Assembly (NCBI RefSeq): GCF_964355755.1
Contig: NC_092676.1
Coordinates: 10,207,888-10,271,887, forward strand
Direction: 5' to 3'
Length of the DNA stretch: 64,000 nucleotides
Source of the DNA: Antedon mediterranea
Taxonomy: Eukaryota; Animalia; Echinodermata
The position numbers and the translations under genes were made by a program. Shown one piece after another: positions 1-14,495 of this stretch. Below the pieces are notes generated by a model. That model worked only from the letters and a program-made list of their open reading frames with translations. It was not told the origin of the DNA and made no database searches. Within the stretch, counting starts at the first letter, position 1. Each line of letters begins with the position of its first letter.

Positions 1-1020
1 CCTTATTTGATTTGATTTTTTTCAAATATTTAATTTATGAAATAAATGAGTTTGACTTTTCAATTAGTTGCCATTTTATTAGTTTCTGTGTGTTTTTATT
101 TATATTCTTAAAATAATTGTATACAACAACTTTAAAGTATTGCGAAGAAGTGATCAAATTATAGTCTTTGTATGTTATGGTCGCTTAAAATTATGCAGTT
201 AAAGTATTTGATTTTAGGGTAACAGAAACGGTTAGGCAAGAAAAGAAATAAATTTGGGAATTTTGTTATGCGGTAAAAACAATTAAACATAATTTACCCC
301 TAATGCATGTAAATGTAGAAAACATTGCTTATGTTAGCGCGACCGAAACTCGCTACTGGGAATAGAGCCTGCAAAAGCGACGCGTACACACCTACTCGGG
401 CACCGGCGGAGCGCGATCGATAGTAAATATACCCGACTTCAAATGATCATAAAATTCGTTTAAAAAATATCAACATTTTGATTTTTTGAGGATTAAAAGT
501 AAAGATATTGAAATTTAACATAATATTTACAAATATGTATTTAAAAATTTGTAAACAATTTTAGCGTGATATTAAAACAAACGTTTTAGAGTTCCACGAT
601 TTCGCACGCAGGATTTGTTTGTTTTCATTGTTAATGGGCGAATTTTACCTACAGTAAACTAGAATCGTTATAAATCTTTTAAATTTGTATTATAAGTAAT
701 TTCTTTAGTATTCTTAGTAACATCGAATGTCTCTAATTAACTAGCAGTTATTTATACTAACTATTGTTCAATAATAAGCGTGTATGAAGTGAAAATCTAT
801 AGTAATAATGTTCTTAGTCAGTTCGTCTTGCTCGCGTGAAGTCTTCGGGTTTCTCAATAAAATTCTCCGGTTAGATAGGCTCGCGCTAACGTTTAAATCA
901 AAAGCGCTCTCAAAACACTTTTTGTCCAAAATTCGCAATATGACGTGAGTGTGATATCTCACTGTAAAGTGAAATGTCTTAACAAGCGCTTGAAACATAA
1001 AGTTGGAAATACTAAATTAC

Positions 1021-4000
1021 CTGTAAGCTCTGCAAGAATTTGATGAACACTAACGCCCATCAAGTAGGTCCAACCGTGACAACGATATGCTGTAATGATG
1101 TGATCATCATCTGTCATGGATGCTTTCATTCCAACAGCACAAGCCTCCTGTTACAAACAATATATTAACAACATTTTTGAGAGAGAAATCAACACTACGA
1201 ACACTGATTCAATTCAATTCAATTCAAAATTCTTTAATCATCCCACACGGGGCAATTCAAATAAAAAGGTCTGGATTAAAATGATCTTACAAAATATACA
1301 AAAAATCACAATACACAGAACAAAATAGAAAAAAAGTCAAGTCAAGGTTCAAGATGGTATTTTTATTTAATTTTAATGATATTATCATTATGTTTTAAAC
1401 TTATAAAATCGCAGAACAAAATTTTGAAGATGGAAATATCAATGCACACAAGCTGATAATACTGTATGAATGAAACAATGAATGAAACAGGCTTATATCC
1501 CACTCTCCACTATCTATCAAATCCAAAGTTCACTTTACTTACTTTATTTTTTTAAATGTCTCATATCAAACATGAATTTTTTGTTACTGATTGATGGATA
1601 CTAATTGGAGTGACTTTTATTTAGTCACAGTGTTTGAAAAGTTTTAAACTTTACTCAATATTTTTGACTTAAAATACTACTGTACCTGTCCTGAATAAAG
1701 ATGTAAAAATCCACGAATTTCCTTAGACTTGTACAGATTACTTGCGGCCGTTTCCATTCGACGAATAACTTGCATTTTACGATAGATATCTAAAGCATCA
1801 TCTCGGTTCAGGGTGACTTCGGAGGATGGTCCCGACTCAAGTTTATGGAGTTTGCAATCTTGGGTGGTAAATTTGGCTTCTTGAGCGCCATTGGTGTATG
1901 AACGACACATAGCTAATGTTGCTCTATGCTATAACAAATAAAAACCTTGCCTGTTAATTTAATTAGGAATTTTGTATTAATAAATACATATTAATAATAA
2001 ATCAATTGGTTTCATTGTTTCTTTCTTTTATAAGTGTTTATTCAAATAACAGACTAAACATCAGGTAATTTAAGCCAGCATATACAGTAGGTCAAATTGT
2101 TGCAATATGCATAAATCATTTTTCAAAATTAAGATATTTTAAAATGTTTAAAAAATTGATGGTTATCCACTACAGACTCTAAATTTAAGGAAGTTATTTC
2201 AATTATGGATATTGTCTTCTCAGATAAGGACTTATAACCGTAAGTCCAGTGTACACAAAATGCTTGTGTGTACATTTTTAAAGAACCTAGTACATCTTTT
2301 GAGATTAGGGGTTTTTAACCCCCGGTGTATTGGCTTACATTGAGATATGAATGAGTGCTAGAATTGGCAGCACTGACATGATTCATAGGGGAGAAGCATG
2401 TAGTTGAAAAGTGTAACATCAAATATTGGAATGGCCGATGCCTATCTATGTTAACAACAGTGAAAGTAGATTTTCAATATGTTCAGTATTTCAGCCAATT
2501 CACGGCAATGGGTGTTGTCATTGGTGTTTTTGTGGTGCTTTGTTTGGTTGTTCTGAATAGGCCTCTAGAGAGGTGTGCAAACTTGTCTCCTATCCCGAAT
2601 TTTAATATAAATAAAATTTAATATTTTTTAATAATAATATTCTGAAAAATGAACGAATTGATTGATGAAATTAATACATTTTGTTAAATAAATTGCATTT
2701 GCATTTTTTTATAGAATTTAATTGTTTTATCTAGGCCTATATGAATACAGGTCAACATACATGCCAACTCGTACCCACCAACTTGTAACCAAATTTTGTA
2801 CAGTACAGTAGCTGTTATAGAGGAAAAATTTGGCAAAAATGTTTAATTTAATAATAATAAAAACAAACGTGGTATGATCATTTCAATGAATTATTTAATA
2901 ATAGAAAAAAAAAAATGGAAAACAATCATACTGTACATCATTGTTGCATTGTCTATTTGACAACTATAAAGGTTTTTTTCGTATAAAAGGGAAATCCCTG
3001 GTCAGCAAAAACATGTAGCACAAAAAGTACGAGTAATTCGACCCCATAGCCCTCCTGCAGAATTAATGCTTAAAACATGGAGTTGTTAATTCAAACAATC
3101 TTATATACCAATAAAATGTACATAACGTTTTTCATGTTTATTGAATTTATAGAAATATTAATTACTTGATCGAATATATGTATAATCAGGGAAGATAATT
3201 AGGTGATAAAAATTGATAAGTATAAAAATGATGTTGTTGTTGTTGGTACTTTACCTGGGCTTAATTGAATTGTAATTATACTAGCTGTAAATATTGTAAT
3301 AGTAACCCCCTTTCTAATAGTAACCCACCTTATAAGTCAATCTCAATAATAACCCACTACTCGTAATAGTAAGTAACCCAACTATTGACAAAATGACACT
3401 AAATTCAACATTTTTGTTGCTTACCGTGAGGAGGTGAGGTGAGTCCCGTGTTCTCTGAACGTAGGGGAATGAGCTGTTAGGAGCTCATTGTACTAAGCCT
3501 CGGCATTATGTGGTAGGGTGGCCAGTTCCTTTCCACGCCGCCTTTTTTCTCCCTAGTATTTTCAACCAGGTACTCATTTTACAGCTGAGTGAACTGGGAG
3601 TTGTCGGGCATTGAACCCGGGTCTATCTGTACGACAGTCAAGTGTCCTAACCACTCGGCTATCCAACTCCTGTTGAGCACAAATTTACAATTCGAATACA
3701 AAAAGTACTCAATGAATCTTTACGTTGACAACAAAAGTTCCCAATCGAATACGACAATTATCTCCATATTATCAAAATACGGCTGCATCATCATTTTGTC
3801 AATAGTTTTTGTGACTCTAATAGTAACCCCCATGGATGGGGTTACTGTTACAAAACAAGATTTACGTTATTTATGATGAAGCCAATTATTTGTGAACGGG
3901 GTATGGATGGCCATGATTGGTTGGTTTGGGTACGGGTTGACCATGACTGTTCCACTGAGTTCTTGTATTTTTATTAGTAGTTGGCCTAAATAGGCCTACG

Positions 4001-4233
4001 TCTACAGTACCTAGGCCTGGGCTAGCCTACCTAGCTAGTCTAGCCTAGGGTTAAGCTCTAGGCTAGGCCTACTAAGCCTAGGCTAGGCCTAGCCTAGGCC
4101 TAGTGAAGCATTTTCTTAAACAAAAAGTGTTTGTTGATATGTTGGACAAGCAATTCCAATCGATATTTCCGAAAAACATTTTACTTACAAAAAATTTGGA
4201 CTTTGTCCCAAATTTCTTTATGAAAACAGACAT
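1021..4233 (-). CDS. PDHA1: Pyruvate dehydrogenase E1 subunit alpha, mitochondrial (5' part only; gene continues off the left edge)
   Basis: Exons 4233-4189 ([15 protein letters not shown], transit-peptide-like, GTAAGT donor), 1928-1686 ([11 protein letters not shown]...[30 protein letters not shown]) and 1147-1021 ([42 protein letters not shown]). All introns GT-AG and in phase. IRGFxHLYxGQEA and ITAYRxHG are E1-alpha motifs. Confidence 0.95.
2220..2400 (+). mobile_element. SINE core fragment (Meta-domain-like)
   Basis: GATAAGGACTTATAACCGTAAGTCC...TTAAAGAACCTAGTACATCTTT...AGGGG...CCCCGGTG. The TTAAAGAACCTAGTACATCTTT core recurs inverted in the SINE near 47300. Family name is from recalled motif similarity only. 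Confidence 0.5.
3425..3670 (-). mobile_element. tRNA-derived SINE (Deu/Nin-domain-like)
   Basis: Minus strand begins GGAGTTGGATAGCCGAGTGGTTAGG (A box)...GGGTTCAATGCCC (B box), then CACTCAGCTGTAAAATGAGTACC and GGAAAGGAACTGGCCACCCTACC, ending in a short CACCT repeat tail. Confidence 0.7.
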
Positions 4234-4520
4234 CCTGAATGTACGAAGAGGATGATTTTTCGGGAAAAATTCTCTTTCGTCTTGACAACACAGCCACAAC
4301 CAGCAACGGAATTGGAAGCGCCTGAGCTAGCTAGAGAGGAGTAGATGGCCTGGATGATGGATCTGGTGGATGATAATTGATATCGAGCCAGAAAAATTGT
4401 TAGAGCGCCACCTACAGTCTCCAAAAAAATCGCCAAATTTCATATAATTTTTTTCGTCGGCCGCTGCGCGGACCACCGCGCCACCACCGGAAAAATACGG
4501 AATTGAAAAAAGTTAACAAA
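4234..4520. promoter_or_regulatory. Bidirectional promoter between PDHA1 and SNX3/12
   Basis: Divergent ATGs at 4233 (-) and 4521 (+), 287 bp apart, with a locally CpG/GC-rich patch at about 4455-4500. Confidence 0.75.
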
Positions 4521-5790
4521 ATGGCCGACGACGAAACAAGAGAAACTGGTACAAAGCGACTAAATGTCAAAAAACAAACATTAGACGATGCTTATGCAGC
4601 ACCAGCGAATTTTCTAGAGATAGATATTGTCAATCCAGAAACGCATGGATTCGCAAAAAACCGATATACTGATTATGAAGTTCGAATGAGGGTAGGTATT
4701 TTGGAGAACCGGTTCGTATTCGCGGTGTAGCACACAGTCCATCCAGGCGAAGCATGTTCAAACACACACACAAGCAGGTCTTGTGATGATCGAAACGCCC
4801 AGAAATAGGGCCTACAGAGAGACTGCTAGCCTACCCAGTATAATTTATAGACGTGTTCTTCAGGTTGTTGTTGCAACCTAGAAATTGCACGTGTTTGTGT
4901 ATAGCGGGTATATTCTACGGCGTAATATACCCTACCTATCTTAAGTGGTTTAACATTTATTTTTAGTTTCACTTTTTATGCAATACAATCAATTCAAACA
5001 CATCCATTCACATGTTTTGACCACAAATGAGAATTGAAACTAACTAAGGATGAGTGGGTTGGAAAATGGACACACATTACTGTCCCATTACTGTCTGATT
5101 GAGTTGGTTTTGGAATAGGGGCGGGGCAGGTTAATAATACAGTACGCTAGGCTAGGCCTACATTACAGTTCTACACATCCCTAAAAAAATGAAGGAACCT
5201 TTTTTTATTAAGTGTGTAACTCAAAACTAATGAATGGTTACCCCTATCTGTATTTTATTTCTGTTTTTAGCCACCTTTATATTAATGTCGTGACTTTTTA
5301 TTTAACCACCTGTGAGTGAATTGTGTTTTGGGTAACGTTGATTAATTAAACATTTTTTTTTAATTGAGTACATTTTAGCAGATAAATAAAGATGTATATG
5401 CCTAGGCCCTATCTAGATTGTATATTTCCAAGTACATAGTTATTTACCAATTATTAATAATTTGCACAGTAATAAAAGATAAAAAATCAAATACATTTTA
5501 GCTAAAAATGTAAAAAAATATATATAAAAGGTGGTCCAGATGATTTTCTCATTAACCACACCCTCTTTGAGTTATACACTGTTTTTTTAACCAAGTTCTT
5601 TATATTTTGAGTCTATCTTCTCCTAAAGATAGACATAATGGAGGTGACATGATTAGTACAGCATTCTTCTTTGACATTTCTTTATCAACAATCCTTTACT
5701 TTATGATACATTGTTATAATCCATAAAAATATACTGTATTTATTTTAATAAACGTCCTGGGTGTTTATTTTTTTTGGCCCCGGCGCCCCC

Positions 5791-5821
<31 letters not shown>

Positions 5822-8329
5822 TATGCACCCATTTACATACGATTTTAGCAACGATTTTACCGGAAAAGGGGGTACAAATCAACATTAAAAATCGTTAAAA
5901 AACAGAGTTCAACTTTAATGTTACGATCGGTAAAACTGACTGACCAATCAAATAGTTCATAAATGACGTCATCATTGTTTGTGACAATTTTTATTTTTTA
6001 CAACGCGACAATGTTTTTTGTACTCTTTTAAAGTCTGATATTTCAAAATAAAAAGTGTAAGTAAAACTAAATTTTAATATAAAAACAATTTAATTTAATG
6101 TTGTCTTTAGTGTAAAGACTAAATTAAGATATCAGCGAAAACATGTTCTAGGCCGGCTGGGTTGAAGCATCAAAACCCGTAACTTTTTCAATTTTCACAC
6201 GGGGGCCCAGCTGCACGTGACCGGCCTTGGCTTTGCAAAACTTCACGTCCATGTGTCCCAGCAACGTCGAAAAAACCAAGAAACCAACGATCACGTAAAC
6301 AATAAGTAAAAATTCGCTACGGAAAAACAGGCTTTAGGCGCAAAAAAAAACCAGTTTCGTATATTAAATATAGTCTATAAAACCCACTATATTCAGATAA
6401 TTATATGACAAGAATCGACTGGCCTAAACGCCTCAGATGCTATCTCCGGGCATCTAGAAAAAAAATTTTCCCGGACCCCCCCCCTAGACGGTTATTTTTA
6501 TCATACCGGCCCCCTCTTTATCAAAATCCTAGATCCGCCCCTGAATATAGAATAATACTGTACCTACTGTACATATAAAATACAGTAAAGATTCAAAATG
6601 CTTAGGTAATAGTAGATCATGGAAGTAAATGTGTTATACTGTACTGTAATATAATATTGTGTATGTGTATGCATGTGGCAGGGCGTTTATTTGAGGTACA
6701 AAATACAGGCCTTGGGGCGTTTATTCCAGTTGATGTTCTATGGGGACATTTATTCAAAGTGTGGCATATCAATTTGTAAAACCTATGAGAGGAGGCAGCA
6801 TATACAAGTAATAGTCTTTGCCTTTTTATTTCACTTTAAGTGTAACTCTGCATGGGGTTCAAATGATATATCTTTTGCTTATTTTTCTTTTTTTATAGTC
6901 CAATTTACCAATCTTTAAGTTGAAAGAATCTTCTGTAAGGCGAAGATATAGTGATTTTGAATGGCTACGAAACGAACTTGAACGAGATAGCAAAGTAAGA
7001 ATTTCATTAAATGATTAAATTGTAAATTTAATTTATTATTGTTAAAAGCCAATAGTATTGTACGTCTAGGAAATGTCTATAAATTGTGTAGTATCCTAGG
7101 CAAATTACTAAATACAGTGTGACATACTGTATGATATTGTTTTTACACTATTTTCCCTACCTTATTAAGAATTGTTTTTTATTTTATATTTTCACCTTTT
7201 TTGATGTCATTTTATATGTATAGATATTTTATATTTGCTCAATGAAGATTTTTATAATTACATTTTTTTACCTTTTTGATGTAGTTTTTATATTTTAATT
7301 TGATAAATATTATAATTTTACTGTAAAAAAAATACAGCAATTTAGTTTTTGGCTGCAAATGTATTTTATAATCAAATAAATTTACCGAGTAATTATTTCC
7401 TATGAATAATACAGTCGTCCTCGTACGTCTAGGCAATGTTTTATAAATAATAAATTGTCTAATATCATAGGAAAATTGCTAAATACAGTGTAACATATGA
7501 TATTGTTTTTACACCACCTTTCCTAATAATGATGGTCACATACACTTTTCAGATACTGTATTTGACAAAATCTATCTACCACACCAAAATCATGTTTTTA
7601 TTTTTGCATGATTACTACTGTGTATTCTCCCACAACTGTTTGTAACTGCTCATATACTTTATACTTCTTTGATAATTTTACCTTTTATTTTGTAGATTGT
7701 TGTTCCACCTTTACCAGGGAAAGCATGGAGAAAACAAATGCCGTTCCGATCAGATGATGGTATATTTGAAGATGACTTCATTGAGGAGAGGCGGCAAGGA
7801 TTAGAAGCATTTATAAACCGGTAAAAAACACTTGATTTTTAACCTTTGTTGCTGGTGCCTAACCCTAATCTTTTCCCAATACATGATCTAGACTGGGTAG
7901 GTGCTGCTCTTTTTTGGCTGATGTGGGTCCATAGAAGGCCTAATTTAAGTTTCTTCAGTTATATAATACAGAGATTTTGATTTCAGACGACCAAACTAAG
8001 TCATGTTAGTTTATTTTGCGCATACAGGAATATTGCAATGCGTTTCCTCGCTTCACACAATTTAATTGTTTCTAGGTCGATACATTGGTTGACCTGACCT
8101 AGATAGGTCATCAGTTGTCACAAATCAAAATCTCCCTATAATATATAATGTGAATGGCTTTTTGCAAATGTGTCTGTTCAAATGTGCTAATTGTATCTAA
8201 AGTTCATGCTTTCTTTTTTACAGAGTGTCTGGACATCCCTTAGCTCAAACTGAACGCTGCCTACACATGTTTCTCCAAGATCCCGTTATAAACAAAGATT
8301 ACACTCCAGGAAAAGTCACTAATACGTGA
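4521..8329 (+). CDS. SNX3: Sorting nexin 3/12 (PX-only sorting nexin), 165 aa
   Basis: Exons 4521-4691, 6899-6994, 7696-7820 and 8224-8329 (498 nt, GT-AG, in phase): MADDETRE...DAYAAPANFLEIDIVNP...RYTDYEVRMR/SNLPIFKLKESSVRRRYSDFEWLRNELERDSK/IVVPPLPGKAW...FIEERRQGLEAFINR/VSGHPLAQTERCLHMFLQ. Likely the single invertebrate co-ortholog of SNX3 and SNX12. Confidence 0.96.
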
Positions 8330-9777
8330 AATAAACACTGCAGGTTTCCAAACTAAACAACCAATCACCTATTTGTACAGATAGAAATTATACCTAATGT
8401 TAACCATTCATTATCAATATTCATTACTATTATGTAGGCTATTCTTAAATGTCCTTTTAATCAGTTTTATTCCAATTAAGCATATATTTTTATTATAATA
8501 TTGTTATTAAGCAAAATGTATTAGCTATATTGTAGAATTTAGATTTATGTTTATTGGGTTCATAGATTAATGAATGCACTTTGTTTTTGACTTAATGTTT
8601 TCTTTAATTTAGATCCAAGATGATTGATTATAATACTGTACAATATTTATGTCATTAATGTTTTTAACCGTGTGATATCCCTTTAAATGTTTCATTTTCC
8701 TTCTATCATGTATAAATAAAACAATTCCTTACAAATGTACACTGGTAATAATTAAACAGATAAAATACATACTGGAATTGCTCTCGATTATAATCTATAT
8801 TAGATATAACCAACCAACTTTGGTAACACAAAGTGCATGTATCATATAGGATGTTGTCTAAATGAATTCATTGTAACATATTGCTATTTTTTATAATTCT
8901 TACTGTCTACTCTATAATGAAGATATCGTTAATTTCCATGTACAGCATTTTAATACATCTACAGTAACTGCTCTCTCGATGGCATTATCATTAATTGGCA
9001 AGTAAATGGCGCTACCAGTATAATTGCGAGATTTATTTTATAATCATTTACCTGCTTGAATAACCTAGCATGATGTATTTATAGGTTTGAAAGTACCATT
9101 TTTTCTTCCAATATTCTGTGGCCTACTACCCAGTACTTTATTTTCTGCTCTCTGAGAATATTTCTTTACCAAATGATTTAAATGCACCAAAACTGAAATT
9201 ATTTTTTATTTTTCCCTTATTACTGAAAATGAATTTTGCGATAATTATCCATGATGTGATTTTGTGTTAATGATTTAGGTTAGTAATAGTAAGGAAATTA
9301 TGTGTAGAAAAATATATTAAAGCCACCATAGAATAGTTTTCACATTTTTGTCTTTTTAGTGTGTCTGCAAAGTGCAACTACCTGCCATTATATTATAACA
9401 TGTTTTGTAACTTGTGAGAAAACTGTTGAAACCTAGTTTTGATCCTTTTCATATAGTACTGTAATTCACTGATATGTGAGCATCAGCCCATAGCATTCCA
9501 TTAAGAATGCCAAACATGTTTAGAACCAAGATCATTAAAATGTTTAATATCAAATGTTTACATGTAATGTTTACATGTACTTTCATTTGGATTGGCAGGT
9601 GAAATATTATATTTGCCTAATATAAATGTAATAGTAACCAAATAATGTAATATTTAATACAGTACTTTAGTAGCAAATTTGAACAAGACTATAAAGAACT
9701 ATACAAAATATGTTGTTTAAATGTGTGTTCCCACTTGGACGCAAAACTAACGACGTAAGGCACAACACAAGTGAGTT

Positions 9778-9911
9778 AACCAATCATAAGCAACAGTTTG
9801 GATGATCCATCGTTTACATCCTTGCAATTGCTTCCAAGTGAGAACCAATCATAAGCAACAGTTTGGATGATCCATCGTTTACATCCTTGCAATTGCTTCC
9901 AAGTGAGAACC
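9778..9911. repeat. Tandem duplication of ~66 bp (two copies)
   Basis: AACCAATCATAAGCAACAGTTTGGATGATCCATCGTTTACATCCTTGCAATTGCTTCCAAGTGAG occurs twice in tandem. Confidence 0.85.
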
Positions 9912-10142
9912 AAGCTTCAAGGTTTAATATTTGAGGAAGTAACCCTACATAAAATTATTGAGAAAGTTGCTTGTTAGAAGCAACTAATACCCCAAGCATG
10001 CTTTACAATAAAATCTGAAATAAGTTATTGATTGACAGCATGTTTAAGGATCTTGACTATGCTAAGTAAAGCAAATGTAAAAAAACAATGGTTTAACTGT
10101 ACCATTAACTAATTAAATGAAGATCCTCTGTAAGTTTTCATC

Positions 10143-10296
10143 TAAAGCACTACCTACACTATCAAACTTTACTGTATGTATGTGACAAAAAATGTGATGG
10201 GACCATATAATAGACATGATGACATCATATCACTACCATATTTGGGCACATCACATTTTTTGTCAAACTACTGTAGTTTAGTTTAGACAGAGCTTT
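10143..10296. mobile_element. Small degenerate palindromic MITE
   Basis: Imperfect inverted arms: AAAGCACTACCTACACT...GACAAAAAATGTGATGGGACCATAT versus ATATTTGGGCACATCACATTTTTTGTC...AGACAGAGCTTT. Confidence 0.5.
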
Positions 10297-11450
10297 ACAC
10301 AGTTTAATTACACACTTAGGCTATGTTCAGACTGATGCCAATATTATATGTAGGTGTGAACCTGCCACTGGTTTATGTTATTCTGGCTACTCCATGTGAT
10401 CTGGATCTATGTAAGCTAAGAGGAAGATGAGTTTGTGTCAATTTTTTACCGCTAGTGGTTACTTGCTCACTCACTCTAAAATCGATGCCTGACCTTCCTT
10501 ATGTTTAAATCGGTGTATTAAGTTATTCTATCTCTACATTAATGCCATCAGTGTGAACGTAACATAGCACCAAAATAATGTTTGTATCAAAAGATGATTT
10601 AATTTAATTGTCATTTTCAAAAAATACATTGATGTGTAATAACATTTACTGAATAAAAATGATATGAATCAAATAAAGTTTTTTGTGTTTAAATTAGGCC
10701 GTGAGTGGGAATAAATATTTGGTAAATGTAAAGATTGCAAGAATGTAGTGTAAACTACCAATAAATCAGATTTGTTGCCTGAACATATTGTTGGCCATAC
10801 TCCATAGTATTACTGTATAACATGTATTTTCATGGGAAAGAAACAGGGTGTACTAAAGGACTGTATGTAGAGAAAGTGTGTGTTGAGCGAAAGAGCGTAT
10901 TATTAGTTTATAAGTTTGATTGTTCGGCAGAAATATGAAAGTTCTAACTTTATATACCTACAGTATAACTGAGGTGCAGTACTACTGAAGCTAATTACTG
11001 TATATTTATTTATAAAATAGGATATAATTACACTCTTTAACAAAACTGGCGTATGTTTAATAAATTGTTAATTTATAATGATATGATGTATAATCAGTAG
11101 GTAACACTGATGTTTCTTCTTATAGGTACTACAATCATGGATTAAAGAATATATTCTTTAATCCATGCTACAATACAGAAGAAAAACCCTTAAAACTTTT
11201 ACCCAAGTCTAATAATACTATCTACTAAAAGGAAAGACAACCAAACATTTTGTTATAATGTATTTTGATAAAATTGCCTGAGTTTTCTACATAACATGTC
11301 CTTTATATATTTATGCCCCATATGCTATGTAGTGAAAAACATAGAAAAAGAAGTTATGTGGACATAATTTTGTGTGTGTGAAATCTGTAACATATTTTAC
11401 TGTAAATGTATTATTAAGCATCAAAAGAAATTAAAACAAATATATATATA

Positions 11451-13135
11451 CTAGCAATTATACCCGCCCCAGGGCGGGTGTCAAAATTAGTTTACAGTCT
11501 TCTCAGTACATAACACCCGACGCCAGTATCTGTCTGTACTCACCAACCTCCACCCCTCTTCAATAATACCCCAGACTCTTTCTTAAAAACAAATTCTTCC
11601 CAGTGATGGACAAATTCAATTCAACCTAAGCTTCGAATTGAGAGGAGTATGCATAGCTACGATGGGTCTAATAATGGTTGAAGTACGTTGTAAATTGTGT
11701 AAATGAATAGGTGTCATATTGGCTGATAATTAAAATATGTAATTTAGATACTGCGGTCCCCCAGCCTTCTTTCTTCTTTCACCACCCCAGCCACCATCAA
11801 CAAACCTTAACTCCTCTCCTGGACAGTTCAAATTTAGTAACTTTTCCTAGTACAATACAATCATATAGGCTACTTCATTACGCTAGTATTTTCGCTCCTC
11901 TTCCCCCTACAAACACACCCCAGATACACTGGGTGATGTGTTGAAGCCGGTTCCAGTACAAATTATGTTATCACTCCCAACCCATAATCCCTCAGTGGCA
12001 GTTTCCAAATGTAGTTTAAAACATTCCAAATACAGTTTCGGTCATGGTGATAGGCCTACATCCCCACCCCAAACTCCCATCCGCTTCCCAGGGATTATGA
12101 AATACATTTTCCAACCACAATTCTGGTGTAAACACCCCATACTCTTAAAAACAAATTCTTCCCAGTGATGGACAAATTCGATTCAACCTAAGCTTCAAAT
12201 TGAGAGGAGTATACATAGCTATGATGGGTCTAATGATGTTATTGTTACTCCCAACCCATAATCCCTCAGTGGCAGTTTTGAAATGATATGTGATAGGCCT
12301 ACATCCCCAACCCAAACTCCCATCCACTTCCCAGGGATAATTAAATACTTTAACATTTTCCAACCACAATTTTGGTGTAAGCTAAATCCCCTGAACCCAA
12401 ACCCTATCTCCCAACCCCTATCTCCCAACCCCACTCTCCCAACCCCACTCTCCCACAATTGACGTTTTTTTCTTGGAGGATTGGTGATGTAGTTGAACAC
12501 AGTAACAGTAAACAACATGTGTATGTTCACACAGGTATGGATGTCTGTAATGAGACAATCCAAGAGACCGATACATAGCTGGATATGGTTAAAATACTTT
12601 GCTAAATGTGTAATTGAATAGGTGTCATATTGGTTAATGAATAAAATATGTATATCTATATCTATATTTCCCCAAACGCCTTGCTGATGATAATTCAAAT
12701 ACTGTAAAACTTTTGTAGTATATATTTTACAATGCGATAGCCTACAACCCCGAGCCCTAGCAAAAATGTGACATCACAAACCACCACACCACCCACCCCT
12801 CCCACAAAAATCCCAGGAGTCGGGGGAATTTTTTAAAATGTAGTTTAAAACCTTCCGGGTACAATTGCCATCATTTTGATACCCCATACGTATGGTTACG
12901 TGCAGAAACAGAAATTTGTATAACGAACAAACATCGAAAGTGGGGGTTTTGACCACATTTTGGTCCCTAACTTGGATCCTAGGTGGCGGATGATGTTGAA
13001 ATATAGCTTAGAACATTCCCGGTACAATTGCGGTCATTTTGATACTCCATATGTAAGATTACGTGCAGTAACAAAAATTTGTATAACGAACAAACAAACA
13101 AACAGACAGACAAACTCTCTCACTTATAATATAGA
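11451..13135 (-). mobile_element. Non-autonomous Helitron
   Basis: Minus strand starts TCTATATTATAAG followed by a (CTGT/TTGT)n microsatellite. It ends with the GC-rich hairpin ACCCGCCC-TG-GGGCGGGT then CTAG, and sits between A and T with no TSD. Contains internal direct repeats (about 11575-11675 vs 12140-12240). Confidence 0.85.
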
Positions 13136-14138
13136 TAATATAGATATATATATTGTAAGATTCCAATGCATGCTTTATTTCAAATTTCCAATACATAACA
13201 TATACAATACTTAAAACAACAAAAAATATATACATACTCAATATTATAATACTAATTATCAAATGATTATCTTCTGAATAATATAATTATTCTACTTTTT
13301 ATTCAGTACTTTTACAACTTTCAACTTTTCACAATTATTTTAAGTTTACAGTATACAGTAGTTGTAATAATTAAAATAAGTATGAATTCTGTAGAATATA
13401 AGATCGTATTTGAAAGTGTTGTTAAGCAATGTTGGTAACCAGAATATTAGTAAGAGATCTGTAAAACCTGATTATATAACATGAAAATTTTACAACGTAA
13501 TTGATAACTACATTACCAGGATTTTAGTATACAAATAATGAATGTTTATGAGTTGGATGGTGAGAATATTTCTTGAGTTTGAAAATAAAGTAGTATATTT
13601 TTCATGTTACTCCATTCAACAAATACAAAAACATTAATTATTTTTAGAACACACCGTTTATTCAATATATCAAGCATAAATCATTGACTAATGCTAGGCC
13701 GGGCAGCTAGGCCATTAAAAAGACAGTGGGGTAAAACAGTTACAGATAGCATGTACAACAAGTTGATTTCCCAACGCGATCAGTCCAACTTCGCAACATG
13801 GCGAAAATATTTACAAAAAGCTGAACATGCATAAGAGCATGTTAATTATCACAATTAAATATCACTTTTTCCGGTAGGACTAATTCCAAATGACATGTGA
13901 TGCATAATTAACCAATCAAATGGCAAGAATACAATCGTGTGTTATAATACATTCTATAGAATCCTACCTATTTGAAGACAATGTTTTTTAAATTAAAGCT
14001 AAACTAATCTCAAACAGATAGTGCAAGTTCTAGAATCCAATTAAGAGTTTTCAAAATAAACAAGCACGAATGTGCAATACTCGGGGTACAGCGAAAGAAG
14101 CTGTATACAGACGTATACAGTTAGAAAGTAAAGAAAAT

Positions 14139-14210
14139 AGGTTTCGCCAGGGCTCGAACCGGGACCTTCTGCGTGTTAAGCAGACTTGACAACCACTACA
14201 CTACGAAACC
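14139..14210 (-). tRNA. tRNA-Val(AAC)-like gene, probably a pseudogene
   Basis: GGTTTCGTAGTGTAGTGGTTGTCAAGTCTGCTTAACACGCAGAAGGTCCCGGTTCGAGCCCTGGCGAAACC. Anticodon arm TCTGC-TTAACAC-GCAGA is intact. There are D-stem and T-stem mismatches and the variable region is one base short. Confidence 0.75.
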
Positions 14211-14422
14211 TCTTACATTAAAAATGTGGGTTACAGAAAGTTTTTTAATCCATTTAAATTACAAATAAATGGTAATAAGCACAAAGCAAAATAAACATGT
14301 GTAAAAGTGATAATTACCGATTACACAAAATAAGTATTTTAAAAAATAATAAAAATAAGATATACTCTGTATAATTATCATATTGCGTATACAGTACTTT
14401 TCACCATAAATTAAAAAAAAAA

Positions 14423-14495
14423 AGGTTTCGTCCGGGCTCGAACCAGGTACCTTCTGCGTGTTAAGCAAACGTGATAACCACTACGCCAAGAATCC
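14423..14495 (-). tRNA. tRNA-Val(AAC)-like gene, probably a pseudogene
   Basis: GGATTCTTGGCGTAGTGGTTATCACGTTTGCTTAACACGCAGAAGGTACCTGGTTCGAGCCCGGACGAAACC, followed directly by a long T run (Pol III terminator-like). Acceptor stem has mismatches. Confidence 0.72.

Noticed and set aside
3600-3670. tRNA-like sequence as a real tRNA gene
   Set aside because: The cloverleaf is poor and it runs directly into a SINE body. The same applies to 47365-47445.
12219-12698. 159-aa ORF
   Set aside because: It lies inside a non-autonomous Helitron, is low complexity, and shows no Rep or helicase motifs.
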